A stretch of 64,000 bases of DNA from an uncultured Oscillospiraceae bacterium (GCA_964385605.1 CAYLPQ010000002.1:28611-92610); one strand, 5' to 3'. Shown: positions 1 through 9,345, counted from the first letter of the stretch. Notes: generated by a model from the sequence alone, not told the origin. Program-made: numbers and translations.

Positions 1-654
1 AATGATGTAAATATTGTCGGAATGTATAAAAAAGACGGTGAACTCAGTTTTGGCAGATGCAGCTGGAATACTCTTTCCGGAAAAATCTGTGACGACAGTG
101 TCATTGCCAGGTTTTTTGGTGAATACAAGTCTTCTGATGTAGATATGATATTTATGACAGGAAACCTTGAATCAATCTGTCAGCAGGAAAGCAGCTTCGG
201 AGTTGTGACGAGAGTCATCGCACAGAAAATGGATAACGGAGAGTTTGGTAAAAAGATAGTTGTTAATAATGGAAACAGCTATGTTTTAACTGATGAGGCA
301 GCCTGGGGAATAGAGGAAAATACCATTATAAGCTACGGAAACGGTGCAGCTTTCGGTAGTAACGAAGTTTGTATTTTAAGCTCACTTCAGCTTGACGGAA
401 AACTCTATGACTGGGTCGGTCTAAAAAATCAGGATATAGAAATGAAGATTGGTACAGTAGAGAAAATAGATGAAAAAAGAGTTTATTTTACTGACGGTAC
501 AGCTCATTTTATAAACCGTTCCGAGCCTTTGTTTTTCAGTGTGTCAGATGACGGAATTTTGACAGGCGGAAGCTATATGGATAACCTTGAGGGAAAAGAT
601 ATAGTATATGCCGCAGATAACAGTTTAGTTTATGTAATATTTTATCAAGAATAA
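1..654 (+). CDS. 3' end of a larger secreted/surface protein gene entering from upstream (partial)
   Basis: The frame of ORF 22..654 stays open back to nt 1 (NDVNIVG precedes the first Met). No RBS precedes nt 22. The beta-rich tail ending VYVIFYQE resembles the tail of the SLH protein at 21354..23984 (ending TDIIIIKY). Confidence 0.5.
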   Translation, partial: NDVNIVGMYKKDGELSFGRCSWNTLSGKICDDSVIARFFGEYKSSDVDMIFMTGNLESICQQESSFGVVTRVIAQKMDNGEFGKKIVVNNGNSYVLTDEAAWGIEENTIISYGNGAAFGSNEVCILSSLQLDGKLYDWVGLKNQDIEMKIGTVEKIDEKRVYFTDGTAHFINRSEPLFFSVSDDGILTGGSYMDNLEGKDIVYAADNSLVYVIFYQE

Positions 655-664
655 AAATCCCATA

Positions 665-688
665 GCTGCCGCCTTTATAGGCGGCAGC
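665..688 (+). terminator. GC-rich hairpin after the partial gene (weak terminator candidate)
   Basis: GCTGCCGCC-tttata-GGCGGCAGC lies directly after the stop at 654. There is no clear T-run. Confidence 0.3.
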
Positions 689-705
689 ATAAAGGAGAGC
701 GAAAA

Positions 706-1821
706 ATGGATATCCGGTTATTAATTGCAGACGATAACGCAATACAGATCGACAGTATACTGTTGTACGTAGACTGGAAAGCCCTTGGAGTTACGCAAAT
801 AAAAACAGCTTCTGATGGAGAGCAATGCTATGAAATAGCAAAAGAATTTTTGCCGCACATTGTTATTGCCGATATAGAGATGCCGCGTATGGACGGTATG
901 GAACTGGCAGCCAAACTTAAAGAGTTTGACAAAAATATTAATCTTATATTTATAACTTGTCACGAAAATTTCAAATATGCACAACAGGCAATAGCGCTTG
1001 GTGTAGCCGCATATATTCTTAAACCTATATCTTACGACGAAATAGGTGAAGTGGCGAGAGACATTATTTTTAAAATAGAAGAAGAAAAAGAAAAAGAAGA
1101 ACACGAAATCCTGTTTTCAAGAAAACAGAGAGAAATAGAAAAGGATTTCTATGAGTTTTTTGATGAATACAACAGACTTGACGTCTTGAAAATATATGAT
1201 GCGTTTATAGAGCTTTTAAATGAAGAAAACGTAGATGTTGTAACATATCTGAAAGAACATCATTTCAGATATCTTGAGGAACAGTCATTTGCATACACGA
1301 AGTATATGTGTTATACTATGATAAATGCTATACAGCTTGTTGCAAAGGTTAAGAATATTGACCTTGACGATTTGTTCGGGCAAGGAGTGATATGGGATAA
1401 ACTGGCTATGTTTACAGATAAGGACGACATTGTAAACTGGCTTGCTAATTTTATGCAGATGGTATTTTTGCATATTAATCAGAACGAAAAAACATCCTAT
1501 AAAAAAGTAGCCCACGATATTAAAAATGTCATTGATACCGACCTTTATGAAATAAGTAATATTTCACATATTTCAGAAAAACTTCAGATAAGCTCAAGCT
1601 ATGCGGGAAGAATGTTCAAGAAGGCATACGGCATTACGATTTTCGATTATTTGTTTGAAAAAAGAATGCAGGAAGCGAAACGTCTTCTGGAGGATCCCTA
1701 TATGAAGGTTTATGAGATTGCAGAAAAGCTCGGCTACAGCAACAAGGCATATTTTTCCAGCACATTTCAAAAATACTGGGGAATGACTCCCAGTGAGTTC
1801 AGAAAAAGTAAGAGTGATTAA
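706..1821 (+). CDS. Two-component response regulator, receiver + AraC-type HTH (YesN-like)
   Basis: N-terminal receiver motifs (LLIADDN, IADIEMPRMDG, ILKP). C-terminal AraC HTH (KVYEIAEKLGYSNKAYFSSTFQKYWGMTPSEFR). RBS AAAGGAGAG lies upstream. Confidence 0.9.
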   Translation: MDIRLLIADDNAIQIDSILLYVDWKALGVTQIKTASDGEQCYEIAKEFLPHIVIADIEMPRMDGMELAAKLKEFDKNINLIFITCHENFKYAQQAIALGVAAYILKPISYDEIGEVARDIIFKIEEEKEKEEHEILFSRKQREIEKDFYEFFDEYNRLDVLKIYDAFIELLNEENVDVVTYLKEHHFRYLEEQSFAYTKYMCYTMINAIQLVAKVKNIDLDDLFGQGVIWDKLAMFTDKDDIVNWLANFMQMVFLHINQNEKTSYKKVAHDIKNVIDTDLYEISNISHISEKLQISSSYAGRMFKKAYGITIFDYLFEKRMQEAKRLLEDPYMKVYEIAEKLGYSNKAYFSSTFQKYWGMTPSEFRKSKSD

Positions 1822-1823
1822 AA

Positions 1824-3419
1824 ATGTTTAAGGAAAAAAGTCTTATCAGGCATATACTGATGAATGTATTTATGGTTACAATTGTAATTGTAGCTGTTGT
1901 TTTGGTTGTAGTCTGGTGCATTATGTGTAACAGCTACTCGGACAGGATTGAAACTTTAATTCAGTCATCGGTATCCAATAAAGCGGAGGAACTGCAGTTT
2001 GAACTGGAAAAACAGATAAATAAGACTGAACATATAATCAGCAACCTTGAGATTATTGAAAAACTTGATGTAGAGTATACAGACGGATATGAGTTATTAA
2101 GTTTTATAAATGAACTTAATACGTTTGTTGATGCACTGGAATATGAAGATGAGATCGAGCACGAGCCTGTTCTTATATATACGAAGAACTCAACCCTTGT
2201 GGAAAGTGCTTATTTAAGAAACATTGACAGACTTGAAAAAAGTGCACAGATACTTAAGTATTTCAGTGATGAGAAGGAAATTTTTTATCGTGACGGAAAA
2301 ATATATGAAGATTTTCGTGGAAGACAGTACATAGTAATTTACAGATACCTTCCTTTGAAAAATGAATGTGTTATAGAAATAAAGCTTTATTTTGACGGTA
2401 ATATAGATGACAGCGAATATATTGACAGCTGTGAGCTTTTTAGCGGGGATTTTGATGCTGCGAAAAGAAAACACGTGGTGACAGAACCTGTTTTTGAGAC
2501 TTTTTATCTGCAGGCTCAAATCCCTATGCGAAGACTCTATTTGAGATATTTGCTGTATTTTATGCAATTGCTTCTTTTTGCATTACTGTTTCTGACGGTG
2601 GCATACTTCCTTGCATTAACATCCATAAAGCACGCAATATCGGATATTATGATTCTGGTTGAGCAGATTGACAGCGAAGAATTTTTGCTTGAAGACGCAC
2701 GAGAAATCAAATGGGCCGAGCTAAAGAAAATTCAAAACAGTATCTTTTCTTTAAACAGACAAATTTATGAAATGAATCGGGATAAGTATGAAAGTCAGTT
2801 GCTTCAAAAAAAGCTTGAAATAGAAAACCTCAATCTGAAGATTAATCCCCATCTTCTGTACAATTCTCTTTCTGTAATAAAAATGGGAGCTTTTAAGAAA
2901 AGCGACCGTGAAACAGAAAAGGTTGTAGACCTTCTGGTTGATTACTACAGATTAATGCTTAACAAAGACGAAGAAAAAATCAGATTAGGACAGGAACTTG
3001 AATATCTGGAAAAATACATCAAAATCCATGAAATATCAAAAAAGATTAACTACGATGTGGAAGTGGATATTTCAAGTGAAGCATATGATGTTATGATTCC
3101 GCACCTTATTTTACAGCCAATTGTGGAAAATTCAGTATTTCACGGTCTGGGAAAAGATGTGGAAAGTCCATCAATATCATTTTCTGTAAAATATGACAAT
3201 GAGGTTCTTGTTATTGAAATATGTGACAACGGAACGGGTATTCCAAAAAATAAGGTTGAAAAAATGAACAAGAAGGAAGAACTCGGATACGGATTGAGAA
3301 ATGTATTTTTCCGTCTGGATTTTTATTACGGAGAGAATTATTCGCTGAAATTTGTGTCTGAAGAAAATAAAGGCACTTGTGTGATTTTGACATTAAAGGG
3401 AGGAACAATTGATGAGTAA
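1824..3419 (+). CDS. Sensor histidine kinase (YesM-like, His_kinase/HATPase_c)
   Basis: Starts 3 nt after the regulator stop. An N-terminal TM helix, a ~220-aa external region and a second TM helix (LLLFALLFLTVAYFLAL) are visible. H-box region LKINPHLLYNSLSVI. ATPase motifs EICDNGTGIP and GYGLRNV. Confidence 0.9.
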   Translation: MFKEKSLIRHILMNVFMVTIVIVAVVLVVVWCIMCNSYSDRIETLIQSSVSNKAEELQFELEKQINKTEHIISNLEIIEKLDVEYTDGYELLSFINELNTFVDALEYEDEIEHEPVLIYTKNSTLVESAYLRNIDRLEKSAQILKYFSDEKEIFYRDGKIYEDFRGRQYIVIYRYLPLKNECVIEIKLYFDGNIDDSEYIDSCELFSGDFDAAKRKHVVTEPVFETFYLQAQIPMRRLYLRYLLYFMQLLLFALLFLTVAYFLALTSIKHAISDIMILVEQIDSEEFLLEDAREIKWAELKKIQNSIFSLNRQIYEMNRDKYESQLLQKKLEIENLNLKINPHLLYNSLSVIKMGAFKKSDRETEKVVDLLVDYYRLMLNKDEEKIRLGQELEYLEKYIKIHEISKKINYDVEVDISSEAYDVMIPHLILQPIVENSVFHGLGKDVESPSISFSVKYDNEVLVIEICDNGTGIPKNKVEKMNKKEELGYGLRNVFFRLDFYYGENYSLKFVSEENKGTCVILTLKGGTIDE

Positions 3420-4686
3420 ACTGAAGGTAGTGCTTATAGGTGCGGGAAACCGTGGAACAACATATACGGATATTATGGCAGAAAACCCGGATAAATACGA
3501 GGTTGTTGCCGTTGCAGAGCCCATTGTGAGCAGACGTGAGGAAATACAAAAAAAGCATAATATTAAAGAAGATTTGTGCTTTGATGACTGGCATCCTCTG
3601 TTTGAAAAAGGAAAAATTGCGGATATGGCGGTCATAGCTACGATGGACCAACAGCATTTTGAGCCTGCAATTGCGGCTATTGAGCTTGGCTATGATATTC
3701 TTCTTGAAAAGCCTGTTTCCCCCGACCCGCAGGAGTGTCATATAATTTCGCAAAAGGCAGAAGAAAAAGGCGTAAAAATAGTAGTGTGCCATGTGCTTCG
3801 TTACACACCTCTTTTTATGATGCTTAAGGATATAATAGACAGCGGAAGAATAGGAAATGTAATATCAGTTAATCACGAGGAATGTGTAGGAAATGTTCAT
3901 CAGAGTCATAGCTTTGTCAGAGGCAACTGGGGCAACAGTGGACGCAGCTCCTGTATGCTTTTACAGAAATCCTGCCATGATATGGATATATTGCAGTGGC
4001 TTTTAGGCAAGCAGTGCAAAAAGGTACACTCGTTTGGGACACTTTCGCATTTCAGGGAGGAAAATGCTCCCGCGGGGGCTCCGGACTACTGTATCGAAGG
4101 TTGCCCGGAGAGTGAAAAATGTCCGTATAATGCGGTAAAGCTGTATCTTGAAGACAAAGAGAATGACTGGTTCCGTACTACGTCCACAAGAGAAGCCGAT
4201 CCCACAGACGAAATGGTGGAGAAGGCTATCCGTACAACTCAATACGGCAAATGCGTATATAAGTGTGATAATGATGTCGTAGATCATCAGACGGTTAATT
4301 TGCTCTTTGAGGATGATGTGACGGTAACCTTTACTATGAATGCGTTTAACAAGGGTGGAAGATTCATTCATATTATGGGAACAAAGGGTGAAATACATGC
4401 CTCTACGGAGGATGATGCTCCGATTGAGATATATGACTTTGAAACAAAAGAAACTACTCAGATACCCATGACCGGTGCAGATGGAATTGCAGGCGGTCAC
4501 GGTGGCGGTGATATAGGAATTATATCAGCATTGCACGCATATTTTACAGGAGAATATACAGGTAAATCAATTTCAACAATTGCGGATTCCTGTAATAATC
4601 ATCTGATTGTATTTGCGGCGGAGGAATCAAGAAATAGTAGTAGTGTTATTGATTTTGATGAATACGTAAAAAGTCTTGAAAAATGA
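3412..4686 (+). CDS. Gfo/Idh/MocA family oxidoreductase
   Basis: N-terminal Rossmann fingerprint VVLIGAGNRGTTY and an EKP motif (LLEKPVSP). RBS GGGAGG lies 9 nt before the ATG at 3412. The start overlaps the kinase stop at 3419. Confidence 0.85.
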   Translation: MSKLKVVLIGAGNRGTTYTDIMAENPDKYEVVAVAEPIVSRREEIQKKHNIKEDLCFDDWHPLFEKGKIADMAVIATMDQQHFEPAIAAIELGYDILLEKPVSPDPQECHIISQKAEEKGVKIVVCHVLRYTPLFMMLKDIIDSGRIGNVISVNHEECVGNVHQSHSFVRGNWGNSGRSSCMLLQKSCHDMDILQWLLGKQCKKVHSFGTLSHFREENAPAGAPDYCIEGCPESEKCPYNAVKLYLEDKENDWFRTTSTREADPTDEMVEKAIRTTQYGKCVYKCDNDVVDHQTVNLLFEDDVTVTFTMNAFNKGGRFIHIMGTKGEIHASTEDDAPIEIYDFETKETTQIPMTGADGIAGGHGGGDIGIISALHAYFTGEYTGKSISTIADSCNNHLIVFAAEESRNSSSVIDFDEYVKSLEK

Positions 4687-4735
4687 AAAAAATCTGTTTG
4701 TGTTATCGCAAGATTAACACAAACAGATTTTTTTG
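4687..4735. terminator. Rho-independent terminator (A-tract / hairpin / T-tract, bidirectional shape)
   Basis: 15-bp perfect stem AATCTGTTTGTGTTA / TAACACAAACAGATT followed by a T-run. A second hairpin plus T-run, GCAGGCACTGCCTGCTTTTTTT, sits at 4811-4832. Confidence 0.8.
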
Positions 4736-4832
4736 CCGTATAGGAAGTTATGCGTTTTTATCGCGAGCAACATTTGTTGTTTTGAATTTGGTTGGAACGC
4801 AACATGGATGCAGGCACTGCCTGCTTTTTTTG

Positions 4833-4901
4833 CGATTTGTTTGATTTTGACCTAAAAGTGAGATTTTGTCTCTTGATATTTTATCTTTGCAATGCAATAA
4901 T
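4833..4901 (+). promoter_or_regulatory. Promoter of the 4949 gene with upstream GATTT(T)G direct repeats
   Basis: -35 TTGATA (4873-4878), 17-nt spacer, -10 AATAAT (4896-4901). GATTTGT, GATTTTGAC and GATTTTGTC start at 4833, 4843 and 4862. A ~34-nt block is shared with 11959-11992. Confidence 0.5.
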
Positions 4902-4948
4902 GAGATTAATCAAAATGCTGTGATAGTAACAAAAAGGAGACATGACTT

Positions 4949-5953
4949 ATGAGATGGGCAGTTTTACTTCACCTGGGAAGAAATATGTGGGGTGATTTAA
5001 AGGCACAAAAGGAAATGCACTTTGACCGTGATCTTTGGAATAAGGCTGTTGACAAATGCGCAGAGTGTGGAGTGGATACAATCATCCTTGACGTGGGCGA
5101 GGGTGTAAGATATAAATCACATCCCGAAATCGGTATTCCCGGTTCCTGGGAGCCTGAAGAAATTACAGCGGAGGTAAAAAGACTCCGCAAAATGGGTATC
5201 GCACTTGTCCCTAAACTGAACTTCTCAACAGTACATGATGCGTGGCTTGGCATTTACGAAAGAATGGTGTCGACCCCTGTTTACTATCAGGTGTGTAAGG
5301 ACCTGATTGAAGAAGCATATGAGATGTTTGATAAGCCTGAATTTATACATATCGGTATGGATGAGGAAACTCCCCGTCACGCTGATGACGAGGCTTACAG
5401 CTATGTGGCACTCCGTCTCGGTGATTTGTGGATAAAGGACTGTAACTATCTTATTGACTGCGTAAAGGCAACCGGTGCCAAGTGTCATATGTGGCAGAGT
5501 ACCTTTGTACATAATGAAAAGGCTTACGATGCGATTCCCAATGATGTAGTTGTCGGTTCGTCCCATTACTATGCACACAATAAGGAAAAGTGGCATAAGA
5601 TTTCTGACCAGTCCGATAGGGAAAAGGAATATTACGCAACTCGTTTTGTGCAGAGATACGGATATTCAATTGAGTATATAGAGGAAGACCCTGTAGTTGA
5701 AATTAAAATGAAGGGCAGAAAGAAGCTTTTTGAAAAAGGCTTCCCCGTTGCAATCGTTACAACAAATATCTTTATCAAGGATAACGAAATGGACGAAGTA
5801 GAGCATATCAAGGCGACATATACGCAAGAGGAAATTGATAACCTTGACGGTTTTGTTGCCTGCCCATGGAAATTTATGGACTCTGATAAGGAAGACGCAA
5901 TTATCGAGCAGATAGAATTAATCGGCAAAGCAAAGAGAAAGTATTACAATTAA
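4949..5953 (+). CDS. Cytoplasmic TIM-barrel-like protein, putative GH20-like glycoside hydrolase
   Basis: No signal peptide. The motif order RWAVLLHLGRNMW ... VDTIILDVGEG ... NFSTVHDAWL ... FIHIGMDEE parallels the GH20 layout, including the H-x-G-x-D-E catalytic signature. Assignment is by eye only. Confidence 0.4.
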   Translation: MRWAVLLHLGRNMWGDLKAQKEMHFDRDLWNKAVDKCAECGVDTIILDVGEGVRYKSHPEIGIPGSWEPEEITAEVKRLRKMGIALVPKLNFSTVHDAWLGIYERMVSTPVYYQVCKDLIEEAYEMFDKPEFIHIGMDEETPRHADDEAYSYVALRLGDLWIKDCNYLIDCVKATGAKCHMWQSTFVHNEKAYDAIPNDVVVGSSHYYAHNKEKWHKISDQSDREKEYYATRFVQRYGYSIEYIEEDPVVEIKMKGRKKLFEKGFPVAIVTTNIFIKDNEMDEVEHIKATYTQEEIDNLDGFVACPWKFMDSDKEDAIIEQIELIGKAKRKYYN

Positions 5954-5980
5954 TGCGGAGTGAAGAATACATATAAAATT

Positions 5981-6047
5981 CCTACGTTGTAGGGCAGGGG
6001 CTTGCTCCTGCCGGAAAAGTCGGAACGAGCAAGCTCGTTCCCTACAG
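5981..6047 (+). other. GC-rich three-way-junction-like structured element with mutually exclusive pairings
   Basis: GTAG(5989-92)/CTAC(6042-45) encloses the hairpins GGCAGG-8nt-CCTGCC and GGAACGAG-caag-CTCGTTCC. An upstream CCTAC (5981-85) competes for the same GTAGG. GCTTGCTC and GAGCAAGC can also pair with each other. Confidence 0.4.
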
Positions 6048-6099
6048 CAAAAACTGTAAATAATTTAATTAAAATATAAAAAAGAAAGAGGTAAAAGAA

Positions 6100-9000
6100 A
6101 TGAAAAGATTTTTAAGCTTGTGTCTTGCACTTATAATGGTGCTTGGCATAGGAGCATTTTCTGCATTTGCAGAAGATGCTGAAGCAACCGTTGATGCCGA
6201 TGTACAGGCGGTGGCAGATGCCATTACCGCAGAAATGCTCACGCAGGACAACGAGCCCGCTCACCTGGTGACAAAGAACCTTGATATGTCACTTGAGGGT
6301 GACATCGCACTTCCCGATGGTGTGTCGGTAGCATTTTCATCAAGCGATACAGCGGTTATCGCAAATGACGGTACAGTAACAAGAACATCTACATACGACG
6401 GTAATGCTACAGTTACAGCTACCGTAACAAAGGACGGAAGCGACCCTGTTACTAAGGAACTCCAGTTCAAAGTTCTTAAAACAGAAACAACAGTCCTTAT
6501 GTCGGACAACTTCTACTATCCCTCTCTTAAGGATGATTATCTTGCAAAGTACGACACGGAAACAAGTAAAATTGTGTCAAATCTTACAGGATGGACTTAT
6601 GCGAATTGCACCGCATCAAATATCCCTGCAAATGTGGAAACAAAAATCAAGTCATACAGTGACGGATATGCTATTGACTACAAGCGTCTTAATACAGAAA
6701 CAGGCAAAACTGTTAATGTTAAGAAAACTATGGATGTCGTTGCAAAAGACACTGATGTCATATCTCTTAATATGACAGGTCATATGGTTGACTGGGGCGG
6801 CGGCACAAAGAGAATTGATATTATTCTTTATGCAAACACTTCAGCTGGCGTAAAGAAATTCGGTGAAATAAGATTTGCAGACGGCTCCACATCTATATAT
6901 AATTATGATGCCGAAACAGCCACATTCAATTCAACTTATGTAACTACTCACAAACTTACTGCAGGCAGTGACCGCAATGTTGAAATCAAGATTGACTATG
7001 CTAAAAAGAACTATGCTATTTTTATAAACGGCTCACAGGCAGGGATAACTGCAAATATTCCCGATTTTGAATACACAGAAAAGCTTGACTATTTCACAAT
7101 GGACATTATAAGACAGAACACTTCTCCGGTTGAGCTTCTTATAAAGGATATGTCCGTAACAACAACTGCAGTTTCTGCAATCAGATATGAGGAGCTTACA
7201 ACAGAATCACCCAATGCGATTACAAAGAGCCTTTCGCTTCCCGCAGACTTTAACGGAAAAACCGTTACGTGGATAAGCAGTAACCCCTCTGTTATCGCTA
7301 TAGATGGTACCGTTACAAGAAGCAGTGAAGAACAGGACGTAACCCTTACTGCAAAGATAGAGGGTGAAGATGACAAGGTATTCAACTTCACTGTTCTTTC
7401 AAACAGAGTAAGCACAAAATTCCACTTAAGCTCCGAAAACTTTGAAAATACAGATGCTTATAAGACCATCTGGGGTACAGGTAACGGTGGTGGTAACGGC
7501 ACAACTATTGACGGGGTAAAGGACGCAAACCTTACCTTCAATCAGGTTGTTGTAAATAAAGGTGAGAGCGGTGCTTCCAAAGCACTTTATATGCACAGAG
7601 CAAATGAAGATCAGTCAGGAACCTGTTACGGTCTTTCCCCCGTGTACAAGGTTGGTTCAATAAACAGCAGAAGCATGTACAGTAACGGTCTTATCACTGT
7701 AAAGTCGAGCCTTTGCTTTGACTTTGAAGAGGGTGAAACACCCACATACAGTGTAAGATTTTACGAAAGAGGTAATGCTGGTGATATGAGCAATAAGGTG
7801 GTATTTAACTATGCTACCGGCAAAGTAACTGTCTGCTCATATTCCTATGCAGGAAAGCTCCCCGAGAGAGGCGAGTGGTTCGACCTTGAAATTGTGATTG
7901 ATACCAAACGTGAAAAAATTGAGGTATTCATTGACGGTGTAAGTGTTGTAGGCCACGAAATGTCACTTTCTTCTGCTTATTCGCACGATTATTACGGAAC
8001 AAGCATTTCGGGTGTTCCCGGTATTTCCGGAATATTCTTCAACTGTAACACTGCAAATACAGGTATGTACATGGATAACCTTGCACTTTACACGATAAAT
8101 GACGAAGCATACTATTCAGACGTGGCACAGTACGGATTCTATACAGAAAAAGAGCCTGTAAGTGACTACGACTTCTCAATAGCTGTTGTCGGTGATATTC
8201 AGACAACAACCTACTATCATCCCGAAAAGATTTCTGTCATTTACGACTGGATTGCAAATAATGTCGAGAGCAAAAAAATAGAAAGAGTAGTAACCCTCGG
8301 TGACGTAACCGAGGATGATACTGCAGAGGAGTATGGGTATGTGCTTGACGCAATAAGTGTTCTTGACGGTGTAGTTCCCCACACTGTAATCCGCGGTAAT
8401 CACGATGTTGCAAACTTTGAACAATACTTCACCTATGAAAACTGGAAGGATACCTTTGACGGAAGCTTTGGGGAGTCAACACGTAACACTTATCAGAAAT
8501 TTACCGCAGGCGGCAGGAAGTATATGTTCCTCAACCTTGACTGTGGTGCAAAGAATGATGCACTCCAGTGGGCGAACGAGGTTGTGGCTGCACATCCCGA
8601 TTATAACGTAATCGTAAACACTCACCTTTATATGTACCGTGACGGAAGGACAATCAGTTCATGGTACGGTATGGATGACTATGGTCAGAACAGCGGTACC
8701 ACAATCTGGAATGACTTTGTAAGTCTTCACGAAAATATCGTTATGCTGCTTTGTGGACATGTATCAACAGATACTATCGTTATGAACAAGCGTGTCGGTG
8801 TAAACGGCAATGTTGTTACAGAGCTTCTCATTGACCCCCAGAGTAACGATAATAAGGATGAAAGTGTAGGTCTTGTGGCAATGCTTTACTTCTCCGAGGA
8901 CGGGGCAACTGTACAGACAGAATACTACTCAACAACAAAAGAGGCTTATTACGGTAAGGAAAATCAGTTTGCATTTGATCTTGCAGTTGTAGAGCCTACT

Positions 9001-9267
9001 CCTATAACTCTTGAAATCGGCAATATTACAACAGACGGAAAAATCGCATTTGATGTTACAGTTGACGGCGATGCTTCAGGAAACAAGATATTCGCGGCAG
9101 TATATGACGAAAATATGAAGCTTCTTGAAGTTAAGCAGTACGACGTAGCATCTGCTATAAATCCTGAATTTGCAGCAGATGCAACAGCAAAATATGTAAA
9201 GGTATTCTGCATAGATATGGAAACTTTCTCCCCCAAGGCAGTAAATGCAGAAAAAACTATTGAATAA
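6100..9267 (+). CDS. Secreted multidomain protein: signal peptide, 2x aBig-type Ig-like, 2x LamG-like, metallophosphoesterase module, C-terminal beta-sandwich
   Basis: Signal peptide ending AFSAFA|ED. Ig-like modules ending TVTATVTKDGS..KELQFKVL and DVTLTAKIEG..FNFTVL. Phosphoesterase motif series VVGDIQ ... TLGDVTEDD ... IRGNHD ... VNTHLY ... CGHVSTD (about nt 8170-8900). Confidence 0.75.
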   Translation: MKRFLSLCLALIMVLGIGAFSAFAEDAEATVDADVQAVADAITAEMLTQDNEPAHLVTKNLDMSLEGDIALPDGVSVAFSSSDTAVIANDGTVTRTSTYDGNATVTATVTKDGSDPVTKELQFKVLKTETTVLMSDNFYYPSLKDDYLAKYDTETSKIVSNLTGWTYANCTASNIPANVETKIKSYSDGYAIDYKRLNTETGKTVNVKKTMDVVAKDTDVISLNMTGHMVDWGGGTKRIDIILYANTSAGVKKFGEIRFADGSTSIYNYDAETATFNSTYVTTHKLTAGSDRNVEIKIDYAKKNYAIFINGSQAGITANIPDFEYTEKLDYFTMDIIRQNTSPVELLIKDMSVTTTAVSAIRYEELTTESPNAITKSLSLPADFNGKTVTWISSNPSVIAIDGTVTRSSEEQDVTLTAKIEGEDDKVFNFTVLSNRVSTKFHLSSENFENTDAYKTIWGTGNGGGNGTTIDGVKDANLTFNQVVVNKGESGASKALYMHRANEDQSGTCYGLSPVYKVGSINSRSMYSNGLITVKSSLCFDFEEGETPTYSVRFYERGNAGDMSNKVVFNYATGKVTVCSYSYAGKLPERGEWFDLEIVIDTKREKIEVFIDGVSVVGHEMSLSSAYSHDYYGTSISGVPGISGIFFNCNTANTGMYMDNLALYTINDEAYYSDVAQYGFYTEKEPVSDYDFSIAVVGDIQTTTYYHPEKISVIYDWIANNVESKKIERVVTLGDVTEDDTAEEYGYVLDAISVLDGVVPHTVIRGNHDVANFEQYFTYENWKDTFDGSFGESTRNTYQKFTAGGRKYMFLNLDCGAKNDALQWANEVVAAHPDYNVIVNTHLYMYRDGRTISSWYGMDDYGQNSGTTIWNDFVSLHENIVMLLCGHVSTDTIVMNKRVGVNGNVVTELLIDPQSNDNKDESVGLVAMLYFSEDGATVQTEYYSTTKEAYYGKENQFAFDLAVVEPTPITLEIGNITTDGKIAFDVTVDGDASGNKIFAAVYDENMKLLEVKQYDVASAINPEFAADATAKYVKVFCIDMETFSPKAVNAEKTIE

Positions 9268-9283
9268 AATTAAAAGATAGCAA

Positions 9284-9345
9284 AAAATGTACCATAAGAC
9301 AGCAAGAAATGACCTTGTCACTTAAGCTGTTTTATGGTACATTTT
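9284..9345. terminator. Long hairpin between convergent genes (bidirectional terminator candidate)
   Basis: AAAATGTACCATAA (9284-9297) pairs with TTATGGTACATTTT (9332-9345). The inner part is imperfectly paired. It lies between the stops at 9267 (+) and 9484 (-). Confidence 0.6.

Noticed and set aside
5981-6047. Cloverleaf-looking GC-rich element considered as a tRNA or tRNA-like gene.
   Set aside because: It has no T-loop (GTTCRA), no D-loop conserved bases and no acceptor/CCA geometry, and only three helices. I kept it as an unassigned structured element instead.
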